Assembly: GCA_965214205.1 (NCBI GenBank)
Contig: OZ243941.1
Span: 1,969,419 to 2,033,418 of the forward strand
Direction of reading: 5' to 3'
Length of the DNA stretch: 64,000 nt
DNA from: Candidatus Poriferihabitaceae bacterium
GTDB lineage: Bacteria > Pseudomonadota > Gammaproteobacteria > Arenicellales > Poriferihabitantaceae
The translations under genes were made by a program, and so were the position numbers. The notes beneath the pieces were generated by a model. It made no database searches. It was not told where the DNA came from and saw only the letters and a program-made list of their open reading frames with translations. The first letter of the stretch is position 1. Each line of letters begins with the position of its first letter. Of this stretch, positions 59,040 to 64,000 are shown piece by piece.

Positions 59040-60121
59040 CAGTAGCGTAATGATTCCTTGTTTCGTGAAATACTCATAAGGATACCAAACCCGATCATCA
59101 AAGTGACCATCGAAGTTCCACCATAGCTTATCAGGGGCAATGGCACACCGACAATCGGCAGAATGCCGGAGACCATTCCGATATTGACAAATACATAGAA
59201 AAAGAAGGTCGCGGACAGCCCCCCGGCCAATAATCTGGAATAGGTGTCCTTCGCGTGGTATGCGATCAAAAGTCCTCGAAAAATCACAAAACAATACAAA
59301 AACATCAGCACGATCACGCCGACCAGTCCGAATTCTTCGGCGAAAACCGAGAAAACAAAATCCGTATTGCGCTCCGGGATGAACTCAAGCTGCGATTGGG
59401 TGCCGGACAGCCATCCCTTCCCCCAGAAACCTCCGGAGCCGATTGCGATGATGGACTGAATCGTATGATAACCCGCGCCAAGCGGGTCGGCCCAGGGGTC
59501 CGATAGGGTCAATATCCGGTTACGCTGATAATCAAGCAATACCCAGTACCACATCATCGGGGCAGCCAGGCCGCTTAGCGCTGTCACGAACACGATCAGT
59601 CTGACACTGACGCCAGCCAGAAAGATGACCGTGATTCCAGTCAGCGCTATCAACAGGCCGGTACCCAGATCAGGCTGTTGAATGATCAGGATGGTCGGAG
59701 CCGCGATAATCAGAACTGAAATGACCAAAGGCGCCACTCCGAGCGAAAGCGACATGCGGGTGAGCAGCCACGCAACCATCATCGGCACGCCGATTTTCAT
59801 GATCTCCGCCGGCTGGAACCGGAATACGCCCAGATCAATCCAGCGCTGCGCCCCCTTTCCTGTAAATCCCACTGCAAGCACCACAACCAGCAGCGCCAGG
59901 CCGCACAGATAAATATGCGGAGACCAGCGCGCCAGTACCTTTGGTGGACACCTGGAAACCGCATACATCAATACCAGGGCAACCCCGGCGCGGATACTGT
60001 GTTTTATGATCAGGTTCATATTTTCTCCAACTGCGCTGAACAGCACAATCAGACCGACCCCGCACAACAACAGAACCCCGGTCAGCAACGGATAATCAAA
60101 GTGAGGGTTTTTGGGATTCAT
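59039..60121 (-). CDS. mrdB: Peptidoglycan glycosyltransferase RodA
   Basis: 360-aa SEDS family protein with 10 TM helices; PLPLISYGGTSM motif. Confidence 0.95.
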   Translation of the reverse strand: MNPKNPHFDYPLLTGVLLLCGVGLIVLFSAVGENMNLIIKHSIRAGVALVLMYAVSRCPPKVLARWSPHIYLCGLALLVVVLAVGFTGKGAQRWIDLGVFRFQPAEIMKIGVPMMVAWLLTRMSLSLGVAPLVISVLIIAAPTILIIQQPDLGTGLLIALTGITVIFLAGVSVRLIVFVTALSGLAAPMMWYWVLLDYQRNRILTLSDPWADPLGAGYHTIQSIIAIGSGGFWGKGWLSGTQSQLEFIPERNTDFVFSVFAEEFGLVGVIVLMFLYCFVIFRGLLIAYHAKDTYSRLLAGGLSATFFFYVFVNIGMVSGILPIVGVPLPLISYGGTSMVTLMIGFGILMSISRNKESLRY

Positions 60122-62019
60122 GACCGTATCTCCGCGATGTCCACGACACCGGACAATTCTTCGGCGGGCGCTTCGGGGAAAAGTTTCAATCGTTCGAGCA
60201 GGTAATAATCAATCAGTTTCCTGGCAATCGGAGCGGCTGTCCGACTGCCGCTGCCGGCATGCTCGACGATCACCGAAATCGCGATCTTCGGATTTTCAAC
60301 CGGGGCAAACCCGATAAACAATGAGTGATCCCTGAATTTCTTTTCAACGGTTTCTTCATCGTATTCTTCATTCTGGGCGATGCTTTTGACCTGGGCCGTG
60401 CCGGTCTTGCCGGCCATCCGATAGCGGATATTCTGCCCGATTCTCCTGGCCGTGCCCTTTTCCCCATGCACCACATCCTCCATGCTGTCGATGACCCGCT
60501 CATAAAAATCACGGTTACGCAATTCAACTATTTCGGGCTTTACGGATTCGGGGGATTGTTTGATCTGACTGGAAGGATCTTCGACAGCGGACAGGAACCT
60601 GGGAGGGATTATTTTCCCGTTATTGGCGAGAGTCGCGGTCGCGGCCGCCAATTGCAGCGGTGTGACCAGCATATAACCCTGGCCAATCCCTGTGATGATG
60701 GTCTCGCCCGGATACCATGACTGATCAAAACGCCGTTTTTTCCATTGCTTTGAGGGAATCAGGCCCGAAGGCTCTCCAAGCAAATCAATTCCGGTCACCT
60801 TGCCAAACCCGAATCGGATCATTCCCTCGTGTATCTTGTCTATTCCTAATCTTTTCGCGAGCCGGTAATAGTAGACATCACAGGATTGTACGATACTGTC
60901 ATGTCCATCCAGCTTGCCATGACCGGATTTCTTCCAGCATCGATAACGGTGAGTATGATTGGGCAAACTGTACCAACCGGGACAATAGCTGGTTGTGTCA
61001 TGACCGACCCCGTTCTCCATACCGATCAACGAGATGAAACCCTTTATGGTGGAGCCGGGCGCATAACGGCCCGATAATGCCCGGTTCAGCAGAGGCTGGC
61101 GGTCGGATGTCTTGAGAAGGTCGTATTCGGTTTCGCTGATGCCATTGACAAATGGATTCGGGTCATAGCCGGGGGCGCTGACGAAAGCCAGAACCTCTCC
61201 CGTGTCCGGTTCGATAGCAACCACGGAACCCTCGTACCCTTGCAGCGCTTCCACTCCTTTTTCCTGCAACTTGATGTCCATACTCAGATAAAGCGATTTC
61301 CCGGTATCGGACGTGGTTTCTTCCAGCTTGCGAATGATTCGGCCGTGCGCGTTGGTTTCCACCTGAACCACGCCGAGTTTACCCAGCAACTCGGATTCAT
61401 AACGCGCTTCTATGCCACTCTTTCCAATATATTCCATTCCCCGGTAAGCCTGGGTATCGACTCGCTTCAGATCACTTTCACTGATTCTTCCGACATAGCC
61501 AATCACATGAGAGGTCAGTTCCCCTTTCGGATAATGCCTTTGCAGCCGCGCCCTTAATTCCACCCCGTCATAGCGATGCTGATTGACGGCAATCACTGCG
61601 ACCTCCTGTTCACTCAGATTCGCTTTCAGGGTCTGCCTGACAAAAGAAGGGCGCTCTTCCAACAGCAACCGAAATCGCTTCAAATGAGTATCTGTCAGCT
61701 CGACCAACTGACCCAGTTCATGCAGCAACGCGTCCATATCCTCGATCTGGTCGGGCAGTATTTCCAGATTATAGGCCTGCAGATTATCCGCCAAAATCTC
61801 CCCGTTGCGGTCATAAATGAGACCTCTTATCGGAGTCAGGGGGAAGATGTCTATGCGATTATTCTGGGCCAGCGTGGAGAATCTCTGGTATTGATAGACC
61901 TGCAGCCAGACCAACCGGGCCGCGAGAACCAGAAACAGAAACAGGATAATCGTGAACAGTATCCCGAGCCGGTTGCGAACAACACTGCCTTCAGTCAGGG
62001 GATTCTGTTTCGACATCAT
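60118..62019 (-). CDS. mrdA: Penicillin-binding protein 2 (elongasome transpeptidase)
   Basis: TM anchor, STIK (SxxK), SCD(V) and KTGTA motifs. The start is taken at MMSKQ (62019); the ORF is open to 62208. Confidence 0.94.
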   Translation of the reverse strand: MMSKQNPLTEGSVVRNRLGILFTIILFLFLVLAARLVWLQVYQYQRFSTLAQNNRIDIFPLTPIRGLIYDRNGEILADNLQAYNLEILPDQIEDMDALLHELGQLVELTDTHLKRFRLLLEERPSFVRQTLKANLSEQEVAVIAVNQHRYDGVELRARLQRHYPKGELTSHVIGYVGRISESDLKRVDTQAYRGMEYIGKSGIEARYESELLGKLGVVQVETNAHGRIIRKLEETTSDTGKSLYLSMDIKLQEKGVEALQGYEGSVVAIEPDTGEVLAFVSAPGYDPNPFVNGISETEYDLLKTSDRQPLLNRALSGRYAPGSTIKGFISLIGMENGVGHDTTSYCPGWYSLPNHTHRYRCWKKSGHGKLDGHDSIVQSCDVYYYRLAKRLGIDKIHEGMIRFGFGKVTGIDLLGEPSGLIPSKQWKKRRFDQSWYPGETIITGIGQGYMLVTPLQLAAATATLANNGKIIPPRFLSAVEDPSSQIKQSPESVKPEIVELRNRDFYERVIDSMEDVVHGEKGTARRIGQNIRYRMAGKTGTAQVKSIAQNEEYDEETVEKKFRDHSLFIGFAPVENPKIAISVIVEHAGSGSRTAAPIARKLIDYYLLERLKLFPEAPAEELSGVVDIAEIRS

Positions 62020-62513
62020 GCTCCTGATCTCACCTGTTGTCTCAGGAAACGCAGGATCACGTATATGAAAGGCCAGAGCAGCGCCGACATCAGCGCCGAT
62101 TGCCAGTAAATCAGTCTGACTTCGGTACTGACTGTGAGATTGGCTATCAGCACGGTGATGCCAATGTCTATCGAGGCGATGAAGAAAACAACGACACATT
62201 GTTTCCACATATCATATCCCTGTATCCTGCGGCTCGCGGTCATAACGAAAAAAGCGACGAATGCTTTGGCGAGAGCATGCTGCCCGAGCAGGGAATAATT
62301 CAGTATATCGACCATCAATCCGCTAATCCAGCCGCAACTGACACCGACCCTGTCCGGAATTTCAAGACACCAGTAAAACAGGATCAGCAGCACCCAATCC
62401 GGCTTTGCATATTTCATCCACTCGAAATAAGTGATCAGGCTCAACGTCAGACCGACCGCCAGTGTGATCAGGACAAGTCCGTACGGAGAATCCCTGAATT
62501 GATACCTACTCAT
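62016..62513 (-). CDS. mreD: Rod shape-determining protein MreD
   Basis: 165-aa polytopic protein located between mreC and mrdA. Confidence 0.87.
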   Translation of the reverse strand: MSRYQFRDSPYGLVLITLAVGLTLSLITYFEWMKYAKPDWVLLILFYWCLEIPDRVGVSCGWISGLMVDILNYSLLGQHALAKAFVAFFVMTASRRIQGYDMWKQCVVVFFIASIDIGITVLIANLTVSTEVRLIYWQSALMSALLWPFIYVILRFLRQQVRSGA

Positions 62514-63387
62514 TGCCCTGGCTTGAATCAGGCTCCGGATCAGGCGGTCTGGAATAACCGTCGCGCTCGGTGTGATCGGGATTCCACAACAGCAGCACCT
62601 CCCTGACCAATCCGATTTTCGCGATGGTTGACGCTGAAATCTTCATGAATGGTTCACTGGTGTCCTCAACGATTTCGATCACTTCAGCGACCTTGTACCC
62701 AATCGGGAAACGGCCGCCCATACCAGAAGTGACCAGTATGTCGCCGCGACGGATATCCGAGCGGCTGATCAGACTGGGCACTTCGACACGGTCTGCCTGT
62801 CCGGTGCCCTGAACGATGGTTCGCAACTGATTCCTCTGAATCTGGACGGGCAGGCCGTGACTCGGATCAGTGATCAGGGTAACCACACTTCTCTTCAGGC
62901 CGACGGTCGAGACCTGTCCGAGGACCCCCTCGGGCGCGAGGACAGGCTGGCCGGGATAAACTCCTGATTCCGCACCCCGGTTCAGTACGATACTCTGGTT
63001 GTAGGGTTCCCGGCTTACCTTGATTATTTCCGCCAGCAAAACCTGTTCGGTGGAGCTTTCAGATGAACCCAGCAGTTTTGTGAGACGCTGGTTTTCCAAT
63101 TCCAGCGCCTCATACCGCTGTAATCGGGTCTCCAGAACGGCCTGCTTGCGTTTCAGCTCGCGCAATTCCTGCTGCAATGTATCATCCGAGTAATATTTCT
63201 CTACCAGAGCGGCCACATTATACGGAAGCCGGACAACGGATTCGAATGTGATGTTGATCACCGAAGCGACGCCCCGGACCGGGTCGAGCAGGCTGCTTCG
63301 ATGATCCATGACCATCAATCCGGTGGACAGCAGGAAAAAAAAGATGAACCGATTGGTTGGAAAGCTTCGATGGTAGCTTAACATCAC
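62506..63387 (-). CDS. mreC: Rod shape-determining protein MreC
   Basis: TM anchor, coiled coil (LRELKRKQAVLETRLQRYEALELENQRL) and beta-barrel domains. Confidence 0.92.
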   Translation of the reverse strand: MMLSYHRSFPTNRFIFFFLLSTGLMVMDHRSSLLDPVRGVASVINITFESVVRLPYNVAALVEKYYSDDTLQQELRELKRKQAVLETRLQRYEALELENQRLTKLLGSSESSTEQVLLAEIIKVSREPYNQSIVLNRGAESGVYPGQPVLAPEGVLGQVSTVGLKRSVVTLITDPSHGLPVQIQRNQLRTIVQGTGQADRVEVPSLISRSDIRRGDILVTSGMGGRFPIGYKVAEVIEIVEDTSEPFMKISASTIAKIGLVREVLLLWNPDHTERDGYSRPPDPEPDSSQGNE

Positions 63388-63481
63388 AAACCTGAATTAC
63401 CGACACATAACCAACAATTCAACCAATGTCCGGTCAATGAGTAAATCGTCCCGATGATGCTGTTATCAACACCCGGTCTGG

Positions 63482-64000
63482 TCAGCCATCACTCGCGAAT
63501 ATGTCACCGATCACATCCATTTCCTCCAATGCGCGGCCACAGCCGCGAACCACGCAACTCAAGGGTTCCTCAGCCAGGATCACCGGCAGCCCGATATCCT
63601 GCATCAACCTCGTGTCCATGTCCCGCAGCAAAGCGCCGCCGCCCGCGATCACCATGCCTTTCTCACTGATGTCAGCGCTCAGTTCCGGCGGCGCTTTTTC
63701 CAGCGCCTGCCTGATGGCCTGAACGATCTGCTGAATCGAGTTATTGATCGCTTCGTAGATCTCCTCACTGGTAATCAGCAGGCCGCGGGCCAGGCCCTCG
63801 GTAATATCCCGACCCTTGATTTCCATTTCCTTGTGCTCGGATTCCGACCATGCGGCTCCTATGGTGTGCTTGATGCGTTCGGCGGTGGATTCACCGATCA
63901 GAACTCCGTGGCGCTGTCGCATGTGATTGATAATCGCTTCATCAAGCGAGTCACCGGCAATCCGCAGGGAGCTTGAATAAACCATCCCTCCCAGCGACAG
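63482..64000 (-). CDS. mreB: Rod shape-determining protein MreB (C-terminal part; continues past the window end)
   Basis: Actin-like C-terminus (GMVIAGGGALLRDMDTRLMQDIGLPVILAEEPLSCVVRG). The frame remains open to position 64000. Confidence 0.95.
   Translation of the reverse strand: MSLGGMVYSSSLRIAGDSLDEAIINHMRQRHGVLIGESTAERIKHTIGAAWSESEHKEMEIKGRDITEGLARGLLITSEEIYEAINNSIQQIVQAIRQALEKAPPELSADISEKGMVIAGGGALLRDMDTRLMQDIGLPVILAEEPLSCVVRGCGRALEEMDVIGDIFASDG

Overview
The window looks like a gammaproteobacterial-type chromosome segment, judged from conserved gene order only: era-rnc-lepB-lepA at the left, greA-carBA-dapB-serS-crcB-lolA-ftsK in the middle, and dacC-rlpA-mltB-rodA-mrdA-mreDCB at the right. 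G+C is roughly 55-60%, and most of the window is densely packed housekeeping genes. The exception is about 11 kb (~31.3-42.66 kb) inserted between a ProXWV-like betaine ABC transporter and metY. This block is bracketed by a perfect 33-bp direct repeat and by clusters of REP-like hairpins. It holds a low-GC (~42-43% in hand-counted lines) six-ORF minus-strand operon. The operon comprises hsdR, a GmrSD-like DUF262/His-Me nuclease fused to an AlbA_2/Schlafen-like domain, a frameshifted hsdM, hsdS, an uncharacterised 365-aa ORF, and a 163-aa ORF that carries only the C-terminal half of a SIR2_2 domain. The 365-aa ORF resembles, by eye, the N-terminal region and the start of the MID domain of a prokaryotic Argonaute. 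A high-GC AbiEi/AbiEii pair follows the operon. The Argonaute-like/half-SIR2 pair and the GmrSD-AlbA_2 fusion nested inside the type I R-M operon are the best candidates for an undescribed or decaying defence system. No rRNA, tRNA, CRISPR array, integrase or transposase was recognised. All functional calls rest on motifs read by eye in the supplied translations; no database search was possible.
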